This document shows, one piece after another, positions 45,296-54,965 of a stretch of DNA of 64,000 nucleotides. A program made the position numbers and the translations under genes. The notes under the pieces were generated by a model. The model made no database searches, had not been told where the DNA came from, and worked only from the letters and a program-made list of their open reading frames with translations. The first letter of the stretch is position 1, and each line of letters opens with the position of its first letter. The DNA is from an uncultured Methanosarcinales archaeon (lineage in GTDB: Archaea > Nanobdellota > Nanobdellia > Woesearchaeales > UBA12501): contig CAYFJX010000001.1 of the NCBI GenBank assembly GCA_964343705.1, positions 6,100 to 70,099 of the forward strand, in the 5' to 3' direction.

Positions 45296-46729
45296 ATGAC
45301 TAGTATAACAGCTGAAGACCTATCTAAAGGAATAACACAAGACGTGCTTGAACTAGTGTATCCTTCAACATTGATTAGAGGTCTTTTTGAGAAACTCGTA
45401 CAAGAGTATGTAAAAGCAAGAATTCCTAAGGGAGACTTACAAGAGGTTGATTTTGATCTTATCGATAGAATCCATCGAAGTGATGAAAGAGGGCGTCTCA
45501 CAAGACTTATGCGTGAAGCAAATAATCGTAGGCACCATCTTCTTGAAGAAGCTGTTGATGCTATGCTGGAGCACGCAAGTGCACTTCAAGGATTAGACGA
45601 GCGAGCAACTGAACGTGTTGATTATAGAGAGTTTGTGTTTCGTTGTAACAAAAAAGGGCATGAGTATAGGAGACGAGTGCTCCATGAAGGAGAAAACTGG
45701 GAAGAAAAAAGAAAAAGAGTGAATCCTGCACAGATTAAGGTACGACGTGAAAATATTTTGTACACCACTGGAGACGAACTTATTGATGAAGACAATAAGC
45801 TTTTGTGTGGAATCTGTGAAGAGAAAACAGAAGGAGTTCGGTTATCACGAGTACATCTTCTTCGAGAAAGAGGTTACCTTAAACAGGCAAAAGAAAGAGT
45901 AACTGCTGTTCTTGACCAAACCTATGATCGTATGAAAAAGAAGCTTCGCATTCCAAAATCATCATTTGAAGATCGGGTGATTGAAAGTATTGCTGCACGA
46001 TATCCAGATGTTCGACGACTGCGAAGAATAAATTGGGAGAGAATGTATGAAATCCTAGAGAATGTACGAAGAAAAAACATTGATGAAGAGGTAGTTTTCA
46101 GACATGTTTCAGATTTGTCAAGATTTCATGTTGTTGCAGCGATCCAAGAACATATTCCTGCACCAATATGCGCTGCAAGAAGTAGAGAAAAATATAATAT
46201 TAGATTCAGTAAAAAATCATTAAGGTATGTTGTGCGCGTTAGAATCTATGATCAAACCGGAAGAGATGGAAGAGTAGATCCAATCCTAAAACCAATTGAC
46301 TTGTTTGGAATTAGAGGTGTATTTGCAACGATTGCATTATGTAGAGCGATTAATGCCTGTTTAGAAGATGATGATTCATTTATGACTCTGCCCAAGAAAT
46401 TTAAAAAAGATGATCTTCTTGGTGGCCCGAGTTCAGGATACAGATCTTTACATAATGCATTTATCTATCAAGGAGCTCATGGTACACTTCCTTTTGAAGC
46501 ACAGTTTAGAACACATGAAATGGATGCAGACTCAGAATATGCTGATAAAAGACAAGACCATAAGAATATGGAACAAAAAGGCCGACAAATAATTAGAAAT
46601 GCTGCAGATCCCTACATGGAGCCTTTGTTTAATGCATTGCTTGCCCCTGCTGAGCACAAGTACATGATGAAGTTAATAGCGCAGAGCTGTACACCCACTA
46701 ATCCTTTGCCAGAATCCGCCTTGTTTTAG
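45296..46729 (+). CDS. RelA/SpoT-homolog (RSH) nucleotidyltransferase (synthetase-type) domain protein with Arg-rich N-terminal extension
   Basis: Synthetase motifs DLFGIRGVFATIALCRA, SGYRSLHNAFIY and PFEAQFRTHEMDADSEYA, colinear with DxxxxRxI, GYxSLH, VE-Q-RT-MH-AE. Confidence 0.7.
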   Translation: MTSITAEDLSKGITQDVLELVYPSTLIRGLFEKLVQEYVKARIPKGDLQEVDFDLIDRIHRSDERGRLTRLMREANNRRHHLLEEAVDAMLEHASALQGLDERATERVDYREFVFRCNKKGHEYRRRVLHEGENWEEKRKRVNPAQIKVRRENILYTTGDELIDEDNKLLCGICEEKTEGVRLSRVHLLRERGYLKQAKERVTAVLDQTYDRMKKKLRIPKSSFEDRVIESIAARYPDVRRLRRINWERMYEILENVRRKNIDEEVVFRHVSDLSRFHVVAAIQEHIPAPICAARSREKYNIRFSKKSLRYVVRVRIYDQTGRDGRVDPILKPIDLFGIRGVFATIALCRAINACLEDDDSFMTLPKKFKKDDLLGGPSSGYRSLHNAFIYQGAHGTLPFEAQFRTHEMDADSEYADKRQDHKNMEQKGRQIIRNAADPYMEPLFNALLAPAEHKYMMKLIAQSCTPTNPLPESALF

Positions 46730-47195
46730 GAACGTAATTCTCAAGCCCTGATTTAACAGCTCGACCGCATCCCATATAATCAGTGGTTGATTCTTCAGTG
46801 TGTCCCACAATGATAAAACCAGTGCCCTCTACAAGACGAGGAAGATCTTGGCCCTTGAGCCATAATCGTGCTTCAGTAGCATCTAAAAGAACCAAGTTCT
46901 TTGTTGCTGACGGCCCAACAAGACGAGAACCCTCCATACTTAAACGTAAACCATACTTAGTAAATTCTGCAATGTATAAACCGGCACGATCAACAATAAC
47001 CTTATTGAAAACAAGGGGATCTAAAGAATCAGTAATACTTCGATTTAATAAGTAAATTTTATCTTTCCTACTTCTCAAATAAATATACTTTTTTTCTTTG
47101 TCAAACACTGCACCCCACTGTTCAAACATTTGCTTGTGCAGGTCTTTGATTTGTTTCGTGTTTAAAACATCATACTTTCGAAAGAGTCGTGCCAT
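46698..47195 (-). CDS. Nip7-like / PUA-domain RNA-binding protein
   Basis: ~165 aa with a C-terminal PUA-like segment (LPRLVEGTGFIIVGHTEE...GCGRAV). Start trimmed to MARLFRKYD. The ORF-track start at 47249 adds 18 hydrophobic residues. Confidence 0.4.
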   Translation of the reverse strand: MARLFRKYDVLNTKQIKDLHKQMFEQWGAVFDKEKKYIYLRSRKDKIYLLNRSITDSLDPLVFNKVIVDRAGLYIAEFTKYGLRLSMEGSRLVGPSATKNLVLLDATEARLWLKGQDLPRLVEGTGFIIVGHTEESTTDYMGCGRAVKSGLENYVPKTRRILAKD

Positions 47196-47245
47196 AAGAA
47201 AAAGAATAAAATAATAGTATTTAATGCTTTTGAATCCTTTGCTAT

Positions 47246-50110
47246 TCACAAAAGCCGATTCATTGACTTAAGCCGGGCATCATCTGCTGCACGTAAGAGT
47301 TTTTCTTCATCTCGATCAGCACAGATTGAAAGCTTGCCCCTATGCATATCAAGTTGGGAAACTAGTTTCTTTACTTCACTTGCGTCAGCACTAGCTGATG
47401 AAGCTCGCAGGTGTTCCACTAAGCCAAGCAATGTTATTTTACTGTGTAACCTCAACAACCTGGAGTGCTCCTGGGGTGTAATCCGCTGTGTGTTGTTTGA
47501 AACAGCTGTTGCCAGGTTACTGTACACTTCAGCTGCTTTGTTAAGATTCATACTATTAACATACTGGTCAGCTTGGTGGATTAATGTTTCTGACCCAGCT
47601 GTGGTTGAAGGTGATGCAGAAACTTTTTCTTGAGGTGATTGCCTCAATAGTCTTGGCTTGGGTATCATTCGTTTACCAAATCGCTTGAGTTCAGTAACCC
47701 CTGGTAAGCGTGAAGTAATCTTTCCTTGAGCTGTCCCTCCACTACCATTTCTTGGAGAGTAATGGTGAACTAAGACACCAAGTACAACAACACCAAGCAA
47801 TCCAAGTAAAAAGTTGTACATGTTGTCACCGTCAGTAACATATCCAATGACACTTCCTGTTATGCTGTTGCCTGATGATCTGCTTACAGATTTGGGAATA
47901 ACAACTGTGTCAATTGCTCGTACAGCTGCAGCATCCATTGCAAGTTCAACAGCATATGTGTAACTTCCTTCTTTTGACGTCCCTCCTTGTAGTTGAGAAA
48001 CAACAATTCCTTTACCAATAATGGATGTTGTCTTTGGATATGCAACAAGGGTTTCAGGTGTATCAGGTATAAGATCATATGACCCCATCATATCAAAGTT
48101 TTGTTCGTTGTTAAAACTAATCTTCTTGGATATGACAGTAAAGGAACGTACTTTATCTTTGTACGTTACATCAAAGCCCACTGCTGAAAAGCTTGTTTGA
48201 GCTGTTGAAGTATGTTCTTGAGCAGCTTCCTTAAGCTCTTTCTTTTTATCTTCTGCTGTACCAAGTGCTGTAAAGACAGTATTGAGTAAACCATCAACTT
48301 TGTCTTCTTCTAAGATTTTTTCGCCTGCAAAATCCCATGTTTTCACAATTGACTCAGGAAGGCTTGTTGAAGTGTTTTCGGTTTCTGATTCCAACTCTTT
48401 AAGTTTGCTAACATCTTTCTCTGCACATGCTCTTTTGTCTACATTGTTAATTCCTTTTTCAAGGTTGTGAAGTACTGTCTCTGTTGTCTTTATTTCTTTT
48501 TTAACACCTGTAACAACTAGTTCATCATACCTTGCGAGTGACTGCAGTAACTTTGCTGTTTTCTTTTGAGTTGTTTCTATTTTACTCCCGATTTTTTTAG
48601 CAAACGCTGTGCAGTTTATTTCCTGTTCAGGTTCAGATGTTTCTTTAGCTTCAGGAGTTGCTTCTATTGTTGTACTTGTGGAATCGCCTTCAGTAACCAC
48701 TAGTTCTTCAGATAATTCACTTTCTTTGCCAAACACATCTACTGCACTAACTCTCACAAACAGGTTGTTTTGGTCACGTGTAAACCCGTAATGTTGTTTA
48801 GTAGTTGTTTGGTAGTTGTCACTTGCAAGCACACCAGGTTTTGAACTACTGTAGATATTATAATATTTAATATCTGAACTGTTTTTTTGACTCCAAGTAA
48901 GAGTTAGCTCATTGTCTTCTTTGTTTACTTCACTATTTAGATTGGTGGGTGTTGGAGGGGGTAATGAATCAACATAAAAGGTTCCGCCACTTACAATGCG
49001 AGTTCCTGTTGTGCCTTCAACATCTGTTCCTGTAAAGGAAAGTTTACCAATTTTGTGCGTATCAGTAGAGCTGATAAAGATGTAGCCATCCCAGGTTTTA
49101 CCAGACCCTTGGACAGGAACAATAATACTGTCTGTGCTGTTGCCACCTGGTTCGCTTAGTGTGTAGGTTACAAGTGGGGGGTCAACCAAGTCTTCTGAAA
49201 CAGTAAGTGTTAATTTTGTTGTTCCAGCTGGCAGAGGTAATTCTTCATCATATACAATAGTCACAGAGGGTGCTAAGTCCACACGAAGTGTAACAGCGTG
49301 GTTCTCAAGTGTATTGTTAGATAAGTCTTTACATGAAACATAGACAGTGTTGGCACCATTACTAAGAGCTTTGATCTTAGTGGTGTGTGTAGTTGCAAAA
49401 GTAGTATCAAAAATAAGTTGGCTGTCAAATCCACTGCTTGTTTTTGCTTGGCGACACTCTGCTGTTTCTGTTGTAACCACTTGTAGTGTTGCATAATTTT
49501 CAGTCACAAGATTAGTAGGACTGTATGAATTAATAGATGGGCTTTGAGTATCAAGGGAAAAGCTTACAACAGCTGACTCTGTCAAAAGTGTTCCACCTGC
49601 TGTTTTACATTGTACATAATAGGTGTAGCTTCCATCTGGTAGGTTTAATTGTTTGGTGTGTGTTGTACTTCCTGTTGTTGCAAACGCAGATGTCATTGCA
49701 TCATAGGCAACATTGCTTGAACTGTATTTACAGGTTGCTGCAAAGCTAGTGGTCACTTTTAGTTCTACAGTTCCACTGTTTTGCTTGCCACTTGGTGACT
49801 TAGTAAGAACATACAAGTCATCAGCCCCTGTATTAAGTATACAGCTTGTTAAACAAGTTGTTTGATTATTACTTACAGTGCAGTTTCCTGCAACACACGT
49901 ATTGCAAGATAAAGTTTGCCCTGTAGTCAAGTTGTTTTGAGTATATGATGTGACTGCAGCTTCGCAGTTAGTTAATGCTGTTGTTTGATCTGCAGCAGCA
50001 GCGCCAGTGAGTATGATAGTGGATGAAGCTGCAAGTACTGAGAGTGCAAGAAGAATAGTTGCCAGGATTACAAGAGCTAGTTTTCTGAGGTGTTTATTCA
50101 TTCTTCCCAC
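47246..50110 (-). CDS. Large type-I membrane surface protein with repeated beta-sandwich (Ig/FN3-like) domains and a cytoplasmic tail
   Basis: Signal peptide, T/S-rich repeats with recurring Y-x-Y-x-V-x-C-K motifs, one TM (LLGLLGVVVLGVLV), then a ~190-aa tail. Confidence 0.55.
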   Translation of the reverse strand: MGRMNKHLRKLALVILATILLALSVLAASSTIILTGAAAADQTTALTNCEAAVTSYTQNNLTTGQTLSCNTCVAGNCTVSNNQTTCLTSCILNTGADDLYVLTKSPSGKQNSGTVELKVTTSFAATCKYSSSNVAYDAMTSAFATTGSTTHTKQLNLPDGSYTYYVQCKTAGGTLLTESAVVSFSLDTQSPSINSYSPTNLVTENYATLQVVTTETAECRQAKTSSGFDSQLIFDTTFATTHTTKIKALSNGANTVYVSCKDLSNNTLENHAVTLRVDLAPSVTIVYDEELPLPAGTTKLTLTVSEDLVDPPLVTYTLSEPGGNSTDSIIVPVQGSGKTWDGYIFISSTDTHKIGKLSFTGTDVEGTTGTRIVSGGTFYVDSLPPPTPTNLNSEVNKEDNELTLTWSQKNSSDIKYYNIYSSSKPGVLASDNYQTTTKQHYGFTRDQNNLFVRVSAVDVFGKESELSEELVVTEGDSTSTTIEATPEAKETSEPEQEINCTAFAKKIGSKIETTQKKTAKLLQSLARYDELVVTGVKKEIKTTETVLHNLEKGINNVDKRACAEKDVSKLKELESETENTSTSLPESIVKTWDFAGEKILEEDKVDGLLNTVFTALGTAEDKKKELKEAAQEHTSTAQTSFSAVGFDVTYKDKVRSFTVISKKISFNNEQNFDMMGSYDLIPDTPETLVAYPKTTSIIGKGIVVSQLQGGTSKEGSYTYAVELAMDAAAVRAIDTVVIPKSVSRSSGNSITGSVIGYVTDGDNMYNFLLGLLGVVVLGVLVHHYSPRNGSGGTAQGKITSRLPGVTELKRFGKRMIPKPRLLRQSPQEKVSASPSTTAGSETLIHQADQYVNSMNLNKAAEVYSNLATAVSNNTQRITPQEHSRLLRLHSKITLLGLVEHLRASSASADASEVKKLVSQLDMHRGKLSICADRDEEKLLRAADDARLKSMNRLL

Positions 50111-50354
50111 CTCGTTTCTTGTCTAGAGCGTTTTTCTTGTCAAAAACGGTTTTAACTAGGTCTTCGTCTTGTTTAATGGCATCTGCTATTGCTTGTTGTA
50201 AGTAATCATTGAGAGTTGTATTCTTAAGAATTGCTATGAGCTTTGCTTTTGTGTGCGTTTCAACGCTGATAGAGATATTTACTTTTTTCATGAAAACCTG
50301 GAGTGCGTGCCTTTTGGGGTTGGGTTGGTTGGATGAGTTGTTTGAGTTGCCCAA
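50094..50354 (-). CDS. Small hypothetical protein
   Basis: 86-aa ORF upstream of, and overlapping, the large surface-protein gene. Confidence 0.3.
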   Translation of the reverse strand: MGNSNNSSNQPNPKRHALQVFMKKVNISISVETHTKAKLIAILKNTTLNDYLQQAIADAIKQDEDLVKTVFDKKNALDKKRGGKNE

Positions 50355-50737
50355 AGGAGTATTTTTACCATAAACCCCATAAAGATATTAACTTATTTAA
50401 ATACTTTTCTATATTTTTCTAATTTAAATAGGAAAATAGTTAGATTTAAAGATCATAAAAGTACTAAAAATATTAAAATATTAAAATATTTTTGTTATAA
50501 AGATAATAAAAGAAGTGAAATATAAAAATAGTTTGGCAGTGCGAAACACCCACTACAAACCACCAACACAACAAAAAGACAAAGGAAATTTACAAAATCA
50601 AGTTCTAACAAAAATAAAGTTTACTTATTCAACACTAAATATTTAAAGGTCACATACCAATATAAAACAAAAAAGGGTAATTGCAAGCTTGGACTCTTGC
50701 AAGGACTATTATATTCAATTAAAATTGAGGTGATGGA

Positions 50738-51532
50738 ATGAAAAAAAAGCATTTACAGATATCTGTACTACTTGTATTTTCTATAATGTTTCTAGCTATG
50801 GTAGCTATCCACGTAGGAGCAGTCAGTGTTGCGGCCAACCAAAGGAACGCAACATCTGCAAGCAGGGTAGCAGGTACCCAAGCAGGTCAAGGATCTGCAA
50901 CTGACGTTGCAGTTGGGGGAAACGTAACCCAACTTGACTTAACTATGACAGTTGTTACAAACAATTGGGCAGGTTACTATGGGGACCTTACTGTGTCAGG
51001 ACTCAGTATTGGAACTAATAGTGCAACACTATACCAATGGCCTTCACCAGCATCCCTTAAAGGGTATGGAATAGGTGCAACAACACAAGCAGCAATGTCA
51101 TTTACAGGAATTGTCGCTTGCTGTACAGGAACCAACCTTTCTCTTATTGACAGTGCAGAAACCTTTGGTAACACTAATGAGAACGATACATTGGTTCAAA
51201 CATTCGGAGCTGTAAACTCAAGTGGAACCTTCACTGGAACAACAGGAGCAACAACCTCTGAATCCAACATCAGTGCAAACACAAGTTATGCATTTGGTGT
51301 TTCAGGTGTTAACTTGACCTTCCTAAACTCAGGTGAGTCAAATGAAGTATTCCCAGTAGGTGTTATGCATGATGGTGGCGGTGCTACAATCAATGATCTA
51401 CTGTTTGTAACTGCAGTTAACCTATCTACAACAACTGGGTTTGATTCCACGGCAGGAATTGAATACAGCTTGATTGTACCAGTGAATGGAAGCTCAGAGA
51501 CGTATTACTTCTTTGTCTTTGTAAATCCATAA
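50738..51532 (+). CDS. Secreted T/S/G-rich surface protein with many N-x-S/T sequons
   Basis: Signal/TM at the N-terminus, low-complexity T/G/S composition, behind a ~380-nt AT-rich leader. Confidence 0.5.
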   Translation: MKKKHLQISVLLVFSIMFLAMVAIHVGAVSVAANQRNATSASRVAGTQAGQGSATDVAVGGNVTQLDLTMTVVTNNWAGYYGDLTVSGLSIGTNSATLYQWPSPASLKGYGIGATTQAAMSFTGIVACCTGTNLSLIDSAETFGNTNENDTLVQTFGAVNSSGTFTGTTGATTSESNISANTSYAFGVSGVNLTFLNSGESNEVFPVGVMHDGGGATINDLLFVTAVNLSTTTGFDSTAGIEYSLIVPVNGSSETYYFFVFVNP

Positions 51533-51634
51533 ATCTTTTTTTCTTTTTTTCATCACCTTTTTTCTTAGTTTTTTAAGAGTACAAATAGAAGCTAAAAAGT
51601 AACATTTATAATCCTGACCAACCCCTTTTTTAGC

Positions 51635-52612
51635 ATGAAGCATAAGGTTCTTAGAATAGGTTTTCGCTTTTTTCTTTTTGCTCTACTTGTCAGCAGTGTT
51701 CCCATAATACTCCAGGTAATTGCAGCTCTTCTGGGATTTGATGAGCAGTTTTGGATTGCCCAAACCCATCCTTCCCTCTTTATAGCCACAATGGTGCTGT
51801 TGTTCTTTCTTATGAAGCGAAACGACCTCGAGCAGGTCAAGACCTCAAGCAGGGTATCACAAGCATGGTTCTTGGTGGGGTCATTACTTTCTTTTGCTGC
51901 TTATTTTGTTGTTAAGTATGCGTTTCCTTGGAAAGGAATTAGTACGCATTTCACCGTAAAATTGCTCTTTATATGTGCCTTTGTATTCTACTCAGTGGGT
52001 GTTTTTTTATTGTTTCTTGCCATGTTTTCTTGGGTATTTCTAAAACAGTACAAAACAAGCATACTAGGAATACTATTCACCACGATCTTTTATTACGGAT
52101 TTAATTACATTATTCTCAAAAAGATGGCAGTGTTTACTTTTATTGTAGCTAAAATCATTGCAACACCCCTGAGTTGGACAGGATCCCTTTCATTGGGCAC
52201 AACAAGTACTAATGACCCTTTGATTGTGTACAATGGTTTTCATGCTGGTATTGGCACTCCTTGCTCTGGTGTCCAGTCATTAAACATCTTTATGCTCTTG
52301 TCATTACTCTTGCTCTGCTTTGACTGGAACAAACTCAGAAAGGGAAGAAAAGCAATGTTGGGCATTTCCTTGCTTGGTGGATTAGTTGGAGTATACTTAG
52401 TAAACATAGTGCGCGTTTATGTGCTTATGCTCATTGGAGGGCATTTTTCACCTCACTTAGTGGAAGCATTTTTCCATGATAATGCTGGATGGGTTATTTT
52501 CAGCCTGTTTACAGTTGGGTACTGGGCTGTGTTGTATCCAAGACTCTTTAAAAAGAGCGCACCTCGCAAAATCGTCGGGAAAAGCAACACAAAGACACAA
52601 AAAAACATATAA
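51635..52612 (+). CDS. Archaeosortase/exosortase-family polytopic membrane protein (putative)
   Basis: About 8 TM helices. Cys in GIGTPCSGVQSLN (exosortase CSG-type context) and Arg in VNIVRVYVLM. A PEF-CTERM-type substrate gene lies at 60388..63009. Confidence 0.5.
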   Translation: MKHKVLRIGFRFFLFALLVSSVPIILQVIAALLGFDEQFWIAQTHPSLFIATMVLLFFLMKRNDLEQVKTSSRVSQAWFLVGSLLSFAAYFVVKYAFPWKGISTHFTVKLLFICAFVFYSVGVFLLFLAMFSWVFLKQYKTSILGILFTTIFYYGFNYIILKKMAVFTFIVAKIIATPLSWTGSLSLGTTSTNDPLIVYNGFHAGIGTPCSGVQSLNIFMLLSLLLLCFDWNKLRKGRKAMLGISLLGGLVGVYLVNIVRVYVLMLIGGHFSPHLVEAFFHDNAGWVIFSLFTVGYWAVLYPRLFKKSAPRKIVGKSNTKTQKNI

Positions 52613-52692
52613 AGAGTCAAAAATACACTAATACAAGTGTGACTCCAGTATTGAGCAATAAAATCAAGCAATAAAAAAGGTGTGTAAAAAAG

Positions 52693-54930
52693 GTGAAATC
52701 TGAAAAGTTCTTTGTAACTGCACTCATTTGGGTAAACACAGCCATATTCATATTCTTTGTACTGTCTAGCCAAGTTGAAGCACCTACTTTTGAAACACAA
52801 GCATGTACTGAAGATGCGTCTTGCGATTCAGAATGTGGTGGTTCTCCTTCGTATAGGAACTTTGGCACTTGTTTCAGTGATTCTAGTTGTTTTACTGAAT
52901 GTAGTGGTTCAAGCAGTAGTTCGTCTGGTGGGGCAGGGAACTCCACGCAATGTGGCTCAGTAAGTAACAGCATCACATTGATCCAAGATGTAAGTGCTGA
53001 GAATACATGTTACACTTTTGGAGCTAACAACATTGTACTGGATTGTGATGGTTACAACATTACCTATGCAACTAGTGCAATGGGAGGAGGATCAAATGGA
53101 ATCTCTGTACCAGGATATGGTAATTTTACCATAAAAAACTGCGAGATTGCTGAAGGAAAAAATACTTCAAGCCTTAACATAGGTATCTCCCTAGCTGCCA
53201 CGAACAATGGAACAGTACCAGTACAAAACTTCAGTATTAAGAACACAAATGTGACCACAAACACCAATGGTTCACATGGATTGTCTATGACCGGACCAGT
53301 TGATAATTTTAACATTAGTGACCTTAGTGTGTTTACTAAAGGTGCAAATGCAAGTGGTGTATTTATGGAAGGATTACACAATGAATCAGGAACAGACATA
53401 CGAAACAGCACATTTAACACCACAGGAACCAACTCAATTGCAGTCTACATGAACGGTTCAAATTATAGTTTTATTTTTAACTCAACACTGCTCACTACCG
53501 GCGAGGACGCTGATACATTAACCCTTCTTGAAAGCCTGGAAAACACTTTTCTTAATTTAAACATCTCATCAACATATGGTAAGACCATTAACGATACTAC
53601 ACCAGTTGGATATGTTAATCATCTAATATTCAACAACTCATTCGGAGAACTTAAGTGGATCAACAAAGGGGTTGGGGCATTTAACAAAGACTTAAGCCTA
53701 AGTGCACCCATTGCTTTGGGCAAGGATGTTGTGATTGGAGCAAACACAATTGCCTTGAATACCAGTTCATACAACCTCGCCACAGACGACATAAACAAGA
53801 GCGCCAATATTACCCTGAAGAGTCTTAACTTCACAGCTCTTAACGATATTTTCGAACTTCAAAATTTTGAGACAGACAGTGGACAAATACGAAAAAATGG
53901 AACTCAATGTCTTCCCAGTGGAAATGGAAAATGTGTAAAGATAGCATACACATCTAATATACTTTATTTTAACATTACCAGTTTTAGTAGTTACAGTGGT
54001 AATGGTACTGAAGCAGGTGGTGGCACTGCAGATCTTACAATTAATTCATTAAACATTACATTTAATGATTCTGGTTCAACATATATTGGCAATCATCCGA
54101 TAACACTGCGTGGAAATGTAAGTAATCAAGGAAGTGCTGATGCAACAAATGTTAAAGTACAGTTCTTACAACGAACTGGAGCAGCAACATTTGCTGAGAT
54201 AAATAATGCAACCATTAATGTCACTGCTGGTTCAATCACTGAAGCAAATGTAACCTTTACTCCAACTCTTGGTCCAAATAATGTAACAGTAAAAATAGAT
54301 CCAGACAATAGCATTAGTGAATCTGATGAGAATAACAACAATAATTCAAGGATCCTGGATGTATCTGCGTATCAAACATACCATGGAAGTGCGCAAGCAC
54401 GACGTAAACTTGGGCAAAACACCACCACCCTGAGGGAATGGGTTTTAGTTAATGCTTCTGTCATCATGGCTGCTGATATAGATAGTAATCCAACGTTTGC
54501 AGAACTCCAAGAAATTGGGCTGAATACAACTAATGGCTCGTCAAACACAGATTTTACACAATTAGACGCTACCTTTGGAATGACCGGTTTCGACGATTCA
54601 ATAACCACCCTGTATAGCACAAACGGTTCGTCTCCAAATTCAACAGAAAATTTTGTTATTGTCGGCCAAACTCATGCGGCAACACCCATTATAAGTAGCT
54701 CCCCAGGAAGCACCTTTATCACAGGTATACTCTGGGATACAAGTGATGACACTGGTGATGATGGAGAATTTGACCTTTCAGACAGAGAAGATCTAGTCTT
54801 TGTAACACGATGGAATGGTTCACAAAGTACTGAATATGGAGTGAAAGATTATGTGCTCAAAGTGCCTGCAAATTTACAAGGATACATAGGGGAAACTGAT
54901 CAGTTAGCAATTTATGCTGCATTACCATAA
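52693..54930 (+). CDS. Secreted parallel-beta-helix surface protein, heavily N-glycosylation-sequon rich
   Basis: Signal anchor. Repeated N-x-[ST] and G-x-N/S repeats typical of right-handed beta-helix (NITYATSAMGGGSNGISV, NFSIKNTNVTTNTNGSHGLSM). Confidence 0.55.
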   Translation: MKSEKFFVTALIWVNTAIFIFFVLSSQVEAPTFETQACTEDASCDSECGGSPSYRNFGTCFSDSSCFTECSGSSSSSSGGAGNSTQCGSVSNSITLIQDVSAENTCYTFGANNIVLDCDGYNITYATSAMGGGSNGISVPGYGNFTIKNCEIAEGKNTSSLNIGISLAATNNGTVPVQNFSIKNTNVTTNTNGSHGLSMTGPVDNFNISDLSVFTKGANASGVFMEGLHNESGTDIRNSTFNTTGTNSIAVYMNGSNYSFIFNSTLLTTGEDADTLTLLESLENTFLNLNISSTYGKTINDTTPVGYVNHLIFNNSFGELKWINKGVGAFNKDLSLSAPIALGKDVVIGANTIALNTSSYNLATDDINKSANITLKSLNFTALNDIFELQNFETDSGQIRKNGTQCLPSGNGKCVKIAYTSNILYFNITSFSSYSGNGTEAGGGTADLTINSLNITFNDSGSTYIGNHPITLRGNVSNQGSADATNVKVQFLQRTGAATFAEINNATINVTAGSITEANVTFTPTLGPNNVTVKIDPDNSISESDENNNNNSRILDVSAYQTYHGSAQARRKLGQNTTTLREWVLVNASVIMAADIDSNPTFAELQEIGLNTTNGSSNTDFTQLDATFGMTGFDDSITTLYSTNGSSPNSTENFVIVGQTHAATPIISSSPGSTFITGILWDTSDDTGDDGEFDLSDREDLVFVTRWNGSQSTEYGVKDYVLKVPANLQGYIGETDQLAIYAALP

Positions 54931-54965
54931 GAAAGTTTATAAAAAAAAGAAGGTAAAAAAGCACC

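Noticed and set aside
50460-50500. Possible CRISPR or tandem-repeat array in the AT-rich intergenic region
   Set aside because: There are only three very short TATTAAAA units with no spacer structure, so it is not a CRISPR array.
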